A stretch of DNA of 64,000 bases, taken from assembly GCF_000143415.4 (NCBI RefSeq), contig NW_003314326.1, positions 62,001 through 126,000 on the forward strand. Direction: 5' to 3'. Positions 49,424 to 63,078 of the stretch are shown piece by piece. Under the pieces are notes generated by a model. That model ran no database searches. It saw nothing but the letters and a program-made list of their open reading frames with translations, and was not told the DNA's origin. Source of the DNA: Selaginella moellendorffii. Taxonomy: Eukaryota; Plantae; Lycopodiophyta. The translations under genes were made by a program, and so were the position numbers. The number at the start of each line of letters is the position of its first letter. The stretch's first letter is position 1.

Positions 49424-50430
49424 GATATCCTCAAAGGCACTCTTCTTCTCAAGTGCAAAAACAGCTCGGTTTGTCTTTTTTGTTGCCTACACCATTGACC
49501 CAAATCCCGCTATAGCATCAAGTACAATCCCCTTTGGCAAACAGAATAACTCTAACAGTGTCGATAGTTGGGGAACGCTGGGTGAAGAACCTTTGAGTCA
49601 ATCACATTTGGGATGATATCTGTAGAGCTGTCACATCTTGGCAAAGCAAGAGTAGCATGCTTGTCATCTCGTGTGGCCCTACAACAGTTCCCAATATGGC
49701 ATAAAGCATGGTAGTTCCAGGAATAAACATGGAAAAAATAATAAAATAGAGTTAATTTGTAAATAAAGAAACTCACTTTCCGTTTTTGCCCACTAGTGCC
49801 TTTTGTATCCATTGCCATACTCGAAAGAAGGCAACTAGATGAAAACTTCACAAATCCATCATTGTTGTTAGCTAAGTGTGTGAGAAGGCCTTCCCAAATT
49901 AGAGAGTGGGGAAGGATCAAGACAACTACACCCTCATCAATTATGAAGCTATTCGCAACTTGTAAGACTTGGGAAATGTGTTGGGCTTGCTTAACACATT
50001 CCATGACGAAGTATCCCCATATGGTGGTGGCATCTTATTGGGAAGATCGAAAAAGATGAAATAGATCTTCCCATAAAGCATGAGCTGACCTAAGCCATAG
50101 ATCCATTGATCAAGCATGTTGAGCTCCTGATTAGTAGCATCTAAAAGTTGTATGTAATCTCCAATGAGAACAACAACTTCCCTAACATTGGCCATTAGGG
50201 ATGAGAACAAACCTTAAAAATAATTATTAGAACTAGAAGTTAGAGATAAAATTCATGCTTACTAACCTATTTATGCATAGTTGTAGAGGAGAGCTTTTCC
50301 AAGTTGTCATCTGTAGCCATAAGGAAAGATGGGAAGAATATCTTAGTCCACCAAGAAGATTAGTGGCTACTCTCTACAATATTTATAAAAACAAATGAAG
50401 TTAAAAATGTTCTAAACTAGAGTCCTTACT
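49424..50430 (-). pseudogene. beta-class DNA N4-cytosine/N6-adenine methyltransferase-like pseudogene, intron-containing
   Basis: VLIGDYIQLL; IYFIFFDLP (motif IV-like); LQVANSFIIDEGVVVLI; then, read manually from the reverse strand at ~49430-49560, LLELFCLPKGIVLDAIAGFGSMV*ATKKTNRAVFALEK (motifs X-I-II). GT-AG introns near 50214-50262 and 50378-50428. Cut by the LTR at 49423. Confidence 0.72.
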
Positions 50431-51751
50431 CTCATAAAAAGCTTTATGATGGCTCTTTCAAGGGATGGTCCAAAATTGAGTTGAGTTCATAAGTTGAGCT
50501 GAATTTAGCTCAAGTCAAAGCTAGTTAACATAGTCAACCATAAGACTTATAAGAAAATCTCATGTCAAAAAAATGTTATTCTTTGGTGAACTTAAAATTC
50601 ATGAATTTAATTGTCAATGGTTTAGAGATATGTCTATTTCTTGAATTTTTCTAATGTAACCTATACAATAAAATACAAATTGAGTAGTTTCTAGAATTAG
50701 AAGTTCATTTGAACCCATATAAATTTTTGGGTTTTTTTGTTCCAAAATAGGAATATTGAAGTTTGTATGAATCTGAAATTTCTATTGTACATTTTGACAT
50801 TTTGCCATTTTAATAATTGATTATATATAAATAATTTGACACACTGATTTACTCATTCATTTTTAGGGTTTTACAGAGATAGGAAGCAAGGAAGACAAAA
50901 AATCTGAGTAGTTATAGCATACAAAAATATGAGAATATAAATTTTATTTCATTATAACAATCTCCATATTACACTCTTGATTCTTATTACCCATCCAGGG
51001 AATGTAGAGACCACTATCACTATTGATTAAAAATGCTCTTATTACTTCCAAAATAACAATTTAGAGCAAAAGAAAAAAAAATTAGACAATACAGAAGAAA
51101 GCATTAATAAATCCACTTCATAAAGCTTTCTATAGCTTTTGTAATCCACTAAAATATTATTAAAAAAAGTAAGTTTTTTATATATATCCTATTCCTCTTG
51201 ATATGTTATATCTTTACAAAGAGTATAAGTGTGTAATATATATGATATGGACAAATCAAAAGTCAAATCTATATATATTTTTGAGATTGAAAGGTAATCT
51301 TGCAAAAATGTATACTTGTGTGCCTATGTGCATTTGCCATTATTATATCGTAGACCAGCTATATAAAATAAGGCTATGTATTAATTATGCTAGTTTTTAG
51401 CTTATGGAACCCTATAGCCACTTGTCTCTAATAATAGGTTGTAATTACCAAGAATGACAATTATAATTCAATATATTGTCATATTATAATAAAATGTCAT
51501 TCCCAAGATTGAAGTGTAGTATATTAATCAAAGAATATTTATTATTGGGAAGTTTAATTCTTCTTGTGTTTTGCAATGGTTTGGAAGAAGTTTACTTTTG
51601 GTTCTAGAGGCCTTTTATATGAGTCTCCACCTCCATTTCCAATCTCAATCAATAATCCACATTCACCTTTACATAACAATCCTTTTCTTCATTTTGAGGG
51701 TTGTTATAAGGCTTTTCCATTTACAACCTTGAGTGCATCTGAACAAGAATT

Positions 51752-53523
51752 TGTAAGCGACTATATTTTCCATTCTACTTCAGTCACTTAACCACACTTC
51801 CGACCACTTGGAGGAGTCTCATTCACAACCTCCATAAGTCCAATTCAGGACTTGGGACTTGCTAACCCCGAGAATGGCATCCATGCCACTCAACATTTGC
51901 ACTTGGTCCAAGTGCTCCACGTGTTCGATCCCATGACCGACACTCAAAGGTACCACCGACATGGTAGCTTGTTACGCTAAGGCCATGCCCAATCATCTTT
52001 GCCACACTAGTAGTCCAATACCACTTGCGTCACAGTCTTGGCTCTCCAAGACTAGGCAAACCATCCGTGAGTGGTCATCTCAGATCCACTCCTTAGCATC
52101 CTTAGGATGCCCACCGACAAGGGGAATAGCCTTCCCCAATATCCCTCTGTCAGTCCCCATTAAGTCCCTTTCTGCCCCTGGCCGTGTTTGCCGACACTGC
52201 CACTGGATTGAGGCCCACAGACCCAACCACTAAGTCCCACGGTCCTCTGGGACTTCCTCACCACACGACTGTGTCCTTGGTCACTACCCTAGAGGACTGC
52301 TCCTCTTCCTTTCCACAGTCTGGGCCTTTGGGACAACATTTCGAAACACCGTGGCCTTACACGAGCCACCTGGGTATTCTCCCCGCCTTCCGCCTTTAGG
52401 TGCTCTAGCCATGGGCTTAGAGCGAGGTTCCGTTGAGCCACGCTTGGTATCCAAGTAGGTAGTGCCACCCACACTTGGACTGGGAGCATCGGCCAGTCGA
52501 TCTCCCGGGGGAACTAGAGCCGGCTCTTGAACACTTCACCAAGCTACCCCGCTTGTCGGTCCGTATTCACTCTAGTCTTGGACTTCCCAGTGGTCAGTTC
52601 ATCACCCAACACTGGTTCTGGCCTTCCTGGGCCAAACTGGCCTTTCCTGGCCAAACTGGCTCCACTGCAGTCCTCCCCGTTACTATACTTTTGGAGCTCA
52701 CCAAACCCCCTAGGGTCTGGGAGACGAACGCTTTGGGCTTTCACCCTCTCAGACTCGAACTCGGACTCGGACTCGGACTCGGACTTGGACTCGGACTTGG
52801 ACTCGGACTCAGACTCGGACTCGGGCTCGGTCTCGGCCTCCGCCTTGGTCTCGGTCTCGGTCCCGATCTCGGTCTCGGTCTCGGTCTCGGTCCCGGTCTC
52901 AATCCCATCTCGAACTCCATCTCGGACTCCATCTCGGGTCCATCTCGGACTCCATCTCGGACTCCATATTGGACTCCACTTCGGGTCCATCTCGGACTCC
53001 ATCTCGGACTCCATATTGGACTCCACTTCGGGTCCATCTCGGACTCCATATCGGACTCCATCTCAGACTCCACTTCGGGTCCATCTCGGACTCCATCTCG
53101 GACTCCATATCGGACTCCACTTTGGGTCCATCTCGGACTCCATATCGGACTCCATATCGGACTCCACTTCGGGTCCATCTCGGACTCCATATCGGACTCC
53201 ATCTCGGACTCCACTTCGGATCCATCTCGGACTCCACTTCAGGTCCATCTCGGACTCCAACTCGGGTCTGCCTCGGACTCCATCTTGGACACTTCCACGT
53301 GTCATGTGTTGGTCCTTTTTGGGTCCCTTTTTGGAGCCTTGCTTATTGGTTGCCTCGTGCTTGCTCCTCGAGCACTTTGCTGGGAGTTCCACTCCCACTC
53401 TCGACCTTCCAAGTCGGAGCTTTTAGTCCAAACTTGTTATGCTCGTTTGGCTTTCGCTTCGGCCACTACCACGTGGCACCCTTTCCGGCTCCACTTTGGG
53501 GCCTAGGGATTTTGTGTCTCACA
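51752..53523 (-). mobile_element. solo LTR, family B (1772 bp)
   Basis: TG...CA termini, perfect 5-bp TSD GAATT (51747-51751 and 53524-53528), long CTCGGA/CTCCAT arrays. Confidence 0.93.
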
Positions 53524-53584
53524 GAATTCCCTTCTTATGATGTTGTTAAAAGAGTTAGACTGCCTCTAATACTCGAAGAATGAT

Positions 53585-54430
53585 ATTAATATTTTCTTCA
53601 AGATCTTGTTTCAGATATGGCAAGAGTGCTTGATATAGATACACTAGTATATTTATTTAGTGTCTTATGTGTTATTTTTTATTTGAATAAAACAAATGGT
53701 TGCATGGGTTTGATAAATTTTCTTGAGCATTGTTGCAAATGCCTAAGAGCATGTTTGGAAGGTTTGCACGTGTGGATGTACAAAAAAATCAAATAAAAAT
53801 TAAAAACACACAGCTATTATGATTTTATGGTGAAGAACAATATTTCATTGGTGAACACCATCAGTGAGTGCTGAATATAAGATATTTAGGCCACTCTTTA
53901 ATGTAATATGAAAGTCATGCATAGTTTTTTCAAAAGTTTAATTCATTATGAATAAAGTGGAGAATTTTATATTTTCAAGAATAGCCTCAAATGTGACTAA
54001 ACAAGTAGCCTCAAATGTGACTCAATATTTTCAAGAGTATCCTCAAATGTGACTAAATAAGAGATCCCTCTTCTAGATAATGTTCAAGATATTGTTATTA
54101 AAGATGGATTGCCTCATGTGCTTCAAGAGATATTTCTTCGAGATCTTGCTCTAGATATGGCTAAAACTCTTGAAAAAATAAACATAAATTATTTTTAGTG
54201 TCCCATATACTACTTTTATTTGGATAAGAGGAAAGGCTACATGGGTCTGAAAAATTTCCTAGAACAATATTAGAATTGCCCAAGAATTGGTGTGGAAAAT
54301 GTGCATACATGGATGTATAGAAAAATCAAGAAAGAGTTAAGAACACATAACCATTATCACTTTATGGTGAAGGGTAATATTCTATTAGTAAATACTACAT
54401 CCACAAGTGCTGAATATAGTATTTTAAGGT
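53585..54430 (+). repeat. diverged ~540-bp direct duplication with a short tandem repeat (TAGCCTCAAATGTGACT x3) between the units
   Basis: 53590-53890 resembles 54130-54430. Confidence 0.65.
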
Positions 54431-55569
54431 CATCTTACTAAAGTTCTAGCTATTAATAGTTCTTATGCTATGATATTATCCATACCCCCCCCGCCCTCAT
54501 GAAAATGGTATTTATTGTAATCATAATACTCATCATTATGAAATTTGATAGACTAGCACTATAATTATCTTTGACACTGACACTGTCACTGTCAATATCT
54601 TTGACACTGACATTGTCACTATCACTATCATATTGACATGTGACATGCTTTTCTCATCACAAGTGGATGCATTCAACTCTCTTTTACTGTATCATTGATA
54701 AATAGATTTTTTATATGACTCCTTCTCAATTCAAGGGAAGACTCATATTGCATATGTTGTGCCATTCATACATAGGAAGACTTGTAGAGCTCATTGTATT
54801 AGAGATTTATGATATAGAGGAAAACTAAATATGTATTGCATATAAGTTTTTAAAACATCATAAAAGATGGTATTTGAAGAATTCATATTCTTCAATTACA
54901 AACACCGATTTGCTAGAGTTATGTGCCGTCTCGACCATCAAACCACTACCTACTATGCAATCAATGACAACACCTCTATTTGGACAATAAAGCTTAAGTA
55001 GGATATGCATTGCCGATGAAGATTGGAATCAATACCCAGACAATGTGTTGTAGATGTTGTTATCTACGAGATTTGGTATGATGTTAGGAGAGCTATCATA
55101 CCTTGGCAAAACCTGTGTAACTTCAAAAACCTAAAGGCAACAAAATGGAGAGTTTTATTTTGCATTACCAAGATCACCCACTATTTTGTTTCTCCCAAAG
55201 TCTTGTTTTAGAAAGTTTTATTTGCTATTGTTTTGATTTTTCTCTTGGTTCTATTTCATTAGAGGCTATGATTCACAACAACACTAGTGTAATTGGATGA
55301 TTGGAGTTTCCTTTTTTGAGTGTGGGTGAAAGTGGACAACATTTGGATTTGCAACATTCCAAGTCTAAGGAGATTCGAGTTTTTGGATCTCCAATCAAAG
55401 TGCAAGGCTACAATCTTGCTAAAAAAAATGTGAAGCAAGAGTTGGTCATCATCATTTCTTCCTCTTCTAGTTCTAGTGAAGATTAGCCAAGAATCTGCTA
55501 ACTCTAATTTTACCAATATTCAAAGTTGTTTGCAACACTTTTTAATTTTCTCACCTCTTTATCAATGTG

Positions 55570-58500
55570 CGCTCATTTTTGCATAAGCCTGTTAGTGAGC
55601 TCCCATCTACATACAATGGCAATATCTTCTTTGAACTACCACCTCTTGTTGTTAGGGCGTGGCCACCGAAAGAGTGAGAGAGACAGAGGGAATACTTTGG
55701 CCCTCAAAATATTCCCCATCTTCCTTGTATAAAACCCTTGCCCCACAAGGGCAAAGGGGGGCATTTTGTGAAGAGCATTGAAGCATTTCTCGTGTTTGAG
55801 CGAGCGTTGGGGGAGGCGCCCCTCCTTCCCCTAACAAATGGTGACCCGGCGTGATGTGCAAGACTTTCTGAAGCATCATTTCTCTCTTTTTCTTTTGGCC
55901 GCAGACTTTGGGAAGGAATTCCTTGTTTGTCTTACGGTGGTTTTGTTTGAGCTTGGGTGTGTTGGATAGGTTTGGAACTCCTCTTTCTAGCAAGGTATAG
56001 CGCTCATTAAGCCATGCAGTATTTGAAGAGATACAATGTTTCTTGGCTCGGTTGAATGAGCATTTTGGGGTTTTCACTTTCTCACATGGATCCTCAGCTA
56101 AATTTTTCAAGGTAGTGCATTTGGGCTTATAGATATGGCCTAGATCTATGAGTAATGGTGGTTCTTGGCTCTAAATTTGGGCGAATTAACGGCATGCAAA
56201 AGGATTTTCTTCTCCAGCTAAGGATTTTCTTCATCTTTGTAGCAGGAATTCGTGCTCCTCCGGGCTTTGTTTTGGATGCCGTTTGTTTCTAGAGGTGCTC
56301 CTGGTCCAAGGCTTTCCAGAAATACTAACGGTTCCTCAATATCGATCTACATCACGGACATGCACATGTTTTTCCACAATGTTGGCGTTTTGGGCTAACT
56401 CTTCGTGGATTTCAGGGAATATTAAGGCAGATTCTTCCCACATTCCTACAATAGAGGGTAGACAGGGCTGAGCCCTTTTTAAAAAGCCCACCAACAGTCA
56501 AAATGGAGAAGGATCAAGACCAGAGGACTCATTTTTCTCTTTTGGGTTAAACTTTATTGGGGGTTCCTTGGGAACGAAGCAATCTTCAAGGAACAGGTAG
56601 TTATAGGAACAAGAACAAGAGGAGCAGGAACAAGAGTTGCTGTAGGAACAGGAACAGAAGGAGTAGAAACAAGAGTTGGCGTAGGAACAGGGACAGTAAG
56701 AATAGGCACAGGGATAGGAGTTGGTGTTGGAGTGGGTGCAAGAGTAAAAGTGAGAGCAGGTGGGGTTACCAGTTATAGGTTATAGGTTCCCGGTTACCAG
56801 CTACTAGCTACTCCAGTAGCTACTCCAGCAGCTATTTCGGCGGTTACCCTACGGGCCAATGGTTACATGTGCTTGAGGCCTACATCTACTTCCCTTTCAG
56901 CCCTTATTTCTCTTCGTCACAGGCATTTTGGATAGCTTTGAGCAGCTTGGGCACAAGTCTGTAGTCTTCTTGCTCCTGTCCACCCAGTTGCCTTGACCGG
57001 GCATGTGCAGTGTTTAGGGTATTTGATGCTGGTACAAACTAGACATACAACAAACTAGCACCTTTTTACCATACCTCAAGGCCCTAAGGTACAAAGTAAA
57101 CTTTCTAACATCCAAAGGTAGCTTAGGTACAACACAGCACCTTCTCGGGCCGAGTCCCCTTCTTCCTCAGTAGATTCTAGTGACTTAGATCTACAAGCTA
57201 TGGCGTAGCCACCTTTAGCTCGGCCTCAGCTCCATGTTCTACAGAGGGGGAGTGATCTGCCAACCTTCTCAAGTGTTGGAACAGCCTCTCCAGCATCGCA
57301 CATCAGTTGCTTTGATTACTACTGCACCACAAACATGATTGTCGATGATGATCGTATGTGTCGTGACTTCTTGCAGTTTCTTGAAGGCAAAGCAGCAATT
57401 TGGGCAGATTCTCTCCTCCCACAGGACCGGACAGACTTTCAGACACTACTTGCTTCTTTCAAAGAACGCTTCGTTGAAGAAAAACCCACAAATTGGCTAC
57501 TTGTTGACCTCTTTTCGTTCTGGCAGGGTGCTCACGAGTCTATTCCTGACTACATCACATGGTTTCAAGCTTACTGAAAGCAGTGTTGGGATCGTAGAGT
57601 GGTCCAAGATGAGCAACAGGGGATCACGGCATTCATAGAGCGTTTGCGTGGGAACTTGCAGCAGAAACTACTTAAGAAGACATTTAGCTCTTGCCGCGAG
57701 GCATTTTCGTTTGCCACAAAGCTGGAAAGAGAGCTTCTGGTTGGCCTGGGGATTGCTAGAGTTGATTTCGACCAAACCATCATCCCGTCAGAGTCACCTT
57801 GTGCAGCTGTTCACCCGTCCACATTGAAGCCCATCGCTATCGAGCATACACCTTCGGCTCTTGAGAACTTTGCCAATGAGATGCGGCAGCTGAAGGAGAT
57901 CATTCTTCAACAGCAATCACACCATGACAAACTGCTCCAAGAGCTGGTGGAGTCCAGGAAAGAAGCTGCTACAGCTCGGGAACACAAATTTAAGTCCCGT
58001 TGGTGCACTCACTACGAGACGAACACACACAACACGCAGTGCTGCTTCAAGCTTCACCCAGAGCTTCAGCCTCCATCTTTTCAACATGTCCAACAACATC
58101 CCTTCACTAATAATTCCACATCGTCTCGAGGTCCAAAGACGTATCAGGAGCAGTTGGAGCAACAAGCAATTGAGGTAGCCCCTTCGTCAAGCAAAAGCAA
58201 GGCACCAGCCTCATCGGTCAACACGATTTTGGTAGCCATCACTAATCACTTCCAGCCGCATTGCCTGCACTTATCTTTAGATGTCTATCTTGCATCTTTC
58301 ATTCTTTCACCATCATTCACATCTCCGATTGAGGTCACATTTACACCATACCACGGACACACATACATGCACCAGCAGCAAATGACACCACTTCATTTGG
58401 ACCTGCCGTTTCTGAGATATCCTTACGACCATTTGCCAACAACACACCAGCTTTTCTGGAGCGACTTTCTACCAACCAGGTGAACCTATTCACTCGAGGC

Positions 58501-60385
58501 ACCTAGGTGGATCTTTAGGCGAGGCCACAGAAGCCGAAGCCACTTTATTCTACTCCAGCACTCAATGGACACATGCCACCTCTCTTTACCGGCAACCCAA
58601 CGACTATGCCGTCCTTTTCAACTACTGACTTCTTCAGTTCGACACATCAGACTGGCCACCTTCTTAGAGAGCCACCACCATCTCGGCGCTCCACCATATT
58701 GGTGCTGGAGCAGGCGTAAGAGTAGGAGCGAGAGCATATGGTTATCGGTTATAGGTTACAGGTCCCCAGTTACTAGTTATCGGTTCCCGGCTACTCCGAG
58801 TGGTCAGCACTTACTCTACAGGCCAATGGTTATCAATGGCCACCTTTTAAGAGTCCCACCACCATCTTGGCGCTCCACCATATCACTCCATCTTTCATTA
58901 TTTTCACACTTATACCACCCTTGGGCAACACATCCCCTCTTCTACCTCTCTTTCTTTCTTGATTTTGGCCAATCTTTGGAGCATACTAGAAGTCATCAAG
59001 AGGCTGCATTTGCATATTACACTTTCCTGAGCCAAAATCCAGGTACAGGTTAAGTTCTTTGGATACTCACACTCTTTTTCCCCTATTTTTCTCCCTCTTT
59101 TCACACTTTTTCTACACTTTTTCTTCAACTTTAGAGTCTAGTTTGACTACAACGTTTCCCACCAGGTTTTCCTCCCTATCTCCAAACTTCACACCTCCCT
59201 CTTTTCTTTCTTTTCCACTTTGTTTTCTAGAGGTTCTACTATTTCACGCAGCTACCAGCACTTGGCATTAGTAGTAGAGGTACACTCTACACTCTTCAGA
59301 GGGTTCTCACGCATCTAGAGCTAGCATGATCCACCGTGGTCGCATGTTAGGGCGTGGCCACTGAGAGAGTGAGAGAAAGAGAGGGAATATTCTAGTCCTT
59401 AGAATATTCCCCATTTTCCTTGTATAAAACCTTTGCCCCACAAGGGCAAGCAGGGGGCATTTTGTGAAGGGCATTAAAACATTTCTCGTGTTTGAGCGAG
59501 CGTTGGGGGAGGCACCCCTCCTTCCCCCAACATTGTCAGCTCAAAACAAAAGGGGATGGAGACCAAGTAGAACGTCCACAACTAATACAAGATCAAGACC
59601 ACACATTTTCAACACTTCGAAGGCATAATGTCCATGGTTCATTGTGGTGGGTATTTGGATTGTATAAATGAAGCATGCAATCAAGAGTGCGGTCAAAATT
59701 CCATATTTTTGAAGGATCTATAATCAATCCTCCCATTCCAGACACCATTAGTGTTGGATTCAAGTGCCAATTTTGCAAGAATGCTCCATTATGTCATGCC
59801 ATCTGCAAGGCCAAGATGTATTACTTTCTTCCACAGGATGGAGAGGTTGGTAGAGCTATAGTACATATTGGTACACATATACATTTAATGTAGAAAGGGA
59901 TACAAAAGAGTTCAATCAGCCATTTCAAAGATGTAATGTAGATAAAGATTGTAAAAAACTCATCTGCAACTCCAAAGTATGTTCAAAAGACAGTGTTAAA
60001 GGATTTTATCATAAGCACCCTATTCAATCCAAGCCATAAGAAGACTCAATTGGATGAGGCTAGCTTGTAGGAGTTACTACAAATCATGTAACATGCAACT
60101 AGCCTCTAGAGGTAAGAAAATAATATTACATACTTTTCAATAATATCTCTTTTACATTTTGTTTTATTTAGGATAAAATTTTAGATATGTGAATCTCGAG
60201 AGGGGAAACTCCATAAAAAATTGAACTTATCCTTGAACTAAAATGGACCTGTCCCTACGAGTTTATCTATAGGAGTTTATTTTCAAATCAAATTATTAGT
60301 GAGTAGGAGTGCCCCTTTATCTTGAAAATATCTACTATGGGCCTTGCCTCTAGTTTAAATTTTGTCTCTCAAATGGATATGTCTA
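55570..60385 (+). pseudogene. GCM/WRKY-like zinc-finger transposase-derived remnant split by an LTR element
   Basis: ELPSTYNGNIFFELPPL before the insertion; after it CGGYLDCINEAC and CQFCKNAPLCHAICKAKMYY...RAIVHIGTHIH. Confidence 0.5.
55650..59532 (+). mobile_element. non-autonomous gag-only LTR retrotransposon (TR-GAG-like)
   Basis: ~187-bp LTRs 55650-55836 and 59345-59532 (TGTTAGGG...AACA), 4-bp TSD TTGT, PBS TGGTGACCCGGCGTGAT, gag remnant ~57200-58250 (LEGKAAIWA...FKERF; C..Y....H....C); no pol. Confidence 0.85.
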
Positions 60386-60389
60386 GGTC

Positions 60390-63060
60390 AAGTGACCTTG
60401 CTAATGCATGGGTACATTTTGTCAACTAGGTTTTACTTATTTATTCTCTATAAAACCATAGAGTCCAATTTTGACATACTTGCAATTGGAAAAAAGCAAA
60501 TAGGGGGTTAAGGGGGCTAGAATTAAACTAAAGCTTGAGTTTGTGTCCATTGTGGTCCATGTGGTCAAAGTCCCTGGTGGGGAGTTCGAGAGACTTAAGG
60601 AGGTATACATTCCATCGCTCCTGGACAAGTGGTGCCAAAGCCACAGTGGTGGTTTAAGGTTTAGAGGGTTGTAGGGGGTTCCAAATATATAGAGTATAGT
60701 TGACTAACTTGAGGTATAATCTAGCTTTCACTTGCGTGCTTATCCTTGTTCTGCATCCAGTTTGGGTTTAAGCCCAAGTTCCACACCATGCTAGTAGTGG
60801 AGTACATATGTCCTCGCATTATGCCACTAGTATGCTGAAATAGGGTCAAACTCTGTTTGGCTCCATTTTGCATACTGGTCTTGGCATTAGGATGTTAAAT
60901 GCTCTAGGATTGTTTCAAGTCATTTCATGCTCCTATCCCTTCACTCCTTGGGTTGAATGCTAAAGAGTCACTCTGTGCTTTGATTCCTTCGCTCCTTGGT
61001 TGCAAGCTTGGGAGTTTGGCTCCATTCCTTCATTTAGTGGTCTAACACCCTAAAACTTGGGTTCCACTCCACTATTCTTTGGACATGTGGTATATGGCAC
61101 ATGGTATGTGACATGTGGTATATAGAGGGTTTAAGTTCCACTTCGTGGTTATCCTATGGTAAATCACCATAGGATAAAGGATAAAAGCCGCACTACACAC
61201 ACTGACGAAAAGAGGGAACGAAGGAAAGATTGATCAGAAACGAGCTCTCTGGCTATTCTTTAGATATGGAAGCAAGGTTGGCAAAGATTAAGTGTGGTTG
61301 AGTGACTTTGCTAATGCATGGGTACATTTTGTCAACCAAGTTTTACTTATTTATTCTCTATAAAACCATAGAGTTCAATTTCAATATGCTGCAACGGAAA
61401 AGAGCAAATGGGGNNNNNNNNNNNNNNNNNNNNNNNNNNNNNNNNNNNNNNNNNNNNNNNNNNNNNNNNNNNNNNNNNNNNNNNNNNNNNNNNNNNNNNN
61501 NNNNNNNNNNNNNNNNNNNNNNNNNNNNNNNNNNNNNNNNNNNNNNNNNNNNNNNNNNNNNNNNNNNNNNNNNNNNNNNNNNNNNNNNNNNNNNNNNNNN
61601 NNNNNNNNNNNNNNNNNNNNNNNNNNNNNNNNNNNNNNNNNNNNNNNNNNNNNNNNNNNNNNNNNNNNNNNNNNNNNNNNNNNNNNNNNNNNNNNNNNNN
61701 NNNNNNNNNNNNNNNNNNNNNNNNNNNNNNNNNNNNNNNNNNNNNNNNNNNNNNNNNNNNNNNNNNNNNNNNNNNNNNNNNNNNNNNNNNNNNNNNNNNN
61801 NNNNNNNNNNNNNNNNNNNNNNNNNNNNNNNNNNNNNNNNNNNNNNNNNNNNNNNNNNNNNNNNNNNNNNNNNNNNNNNNNNNNNNNNNNNNNNNNNNNN
61901 NNNNNNNNNNNNNNNNNNNNNNNNNNNNNNNNNNNNNNNNNNNNNNNNNNNNNNNNNNNNNNNNNNNNNNNNNNNNNNNNNNNNNNNNNNNNNNNNNNNN
62001 NNNNNNNNNNNNNNNNNNNNNNNNNNNNNNNNNNNNNNNNNNNNNNNNNNNNNNNNNNNNNNNNNNNNNNNNNNNNNNNNNNNNNNNNNNNNNNNNNNNN
62101 NNNNNNNNNNNNNNNNNNNNNNNNNNNNNNNNNNNNNNNNNNNNNNNNNNNNNNNNNNNNNNNNNNNNNNNNNNNNNNNNNNNNNNNNNNNNNNNNNNNN
62201 NNNNNNNNNNNNNNNNNNNNNNNNNNNNNNNNNNNNNNNNNNNNNNNNNNNNNNNNNNNNNNNNNNNNNNNNNNNNNNNNNNNNNNNNNNNNNNNNNNNN
62301 NNNNNNNNNNNNNNNNNNNNNNNNNNNNNNNNNNNNNNNNNNNNNNNNNNNNNNNNNNNNNNNNNNNNCCCCCTCAACCCCCCATTTGCTCTTTTCCAGT
62401 TGCAAGCATATTGAAATTGGACTCTATGGTTTTATAGAGAATAAATAAGTAAAACTTGGTTGACAAAATGTACCCATGCATTAGCAAGGTCACTCGACCA
62501 CACTTAATCTTTGCCAACCTTGCTTCCATATCTAAAGAATAGCTAGAGAGCTCGTTTCTAATCAATCTTTCCTTCGTTCCCTCTTTTCGTCAGTGTGTGT
62601 AGTGCGGCTTTCACCCTTTATCCTATGGTGATTAACCATAGGATAACCATGAACTGGAACTTAAACCCTCTATATGCCACGTGTCACATACCATGTGCCA
62701 TATAACACATGTCCAAAGAATAGTTTTAGGGTGTTAGACCACTGAATGAAGGAATGGAGCCAAACTCCCAAACTTGCAACCAAGGAGTGAAGGAATCAAA
62801 GCATAGAGTGACTCTTAGCCCAAGAAGCAAAGGGATAGAAGCATGAAACAACTTGAAATAATCCTAAAGCATCTAGTATCCTAATACTAAGACCAACATG
62901 CAAAATGGAGCCAAACGAAGTTTGATGCTATTTGGGCTTAAACCTAAACCGGATGTAGAACAAGTATAGGCACACAAGTGAGAGCTGGATTATACCTCAA
63001 GTTAGTCAACTATACCTAATCTACCCACTATCCCTACTATACATTTGGAACCCCCTACTA
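60390..63060. repeat. LTR-like repeat: ~910-bp direct repeat left of the gap and an inverted copy right of the gap
   Basis: 60390-60510 resembles 61301-61413; 62369-63060 is a diverged reverse complement of ~60670-61413. Confidence 0.75.
61414..62368. other. assembly gap (955 N)
   Basis: run of n. Confidence 1.
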
Positions 63061-63078
63061 AATAGGGATTGGGACTAA

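Noticed and set aside
61302-62448. Long ORFs in the ORF track
   Set aside because: Artefacts of the N gap
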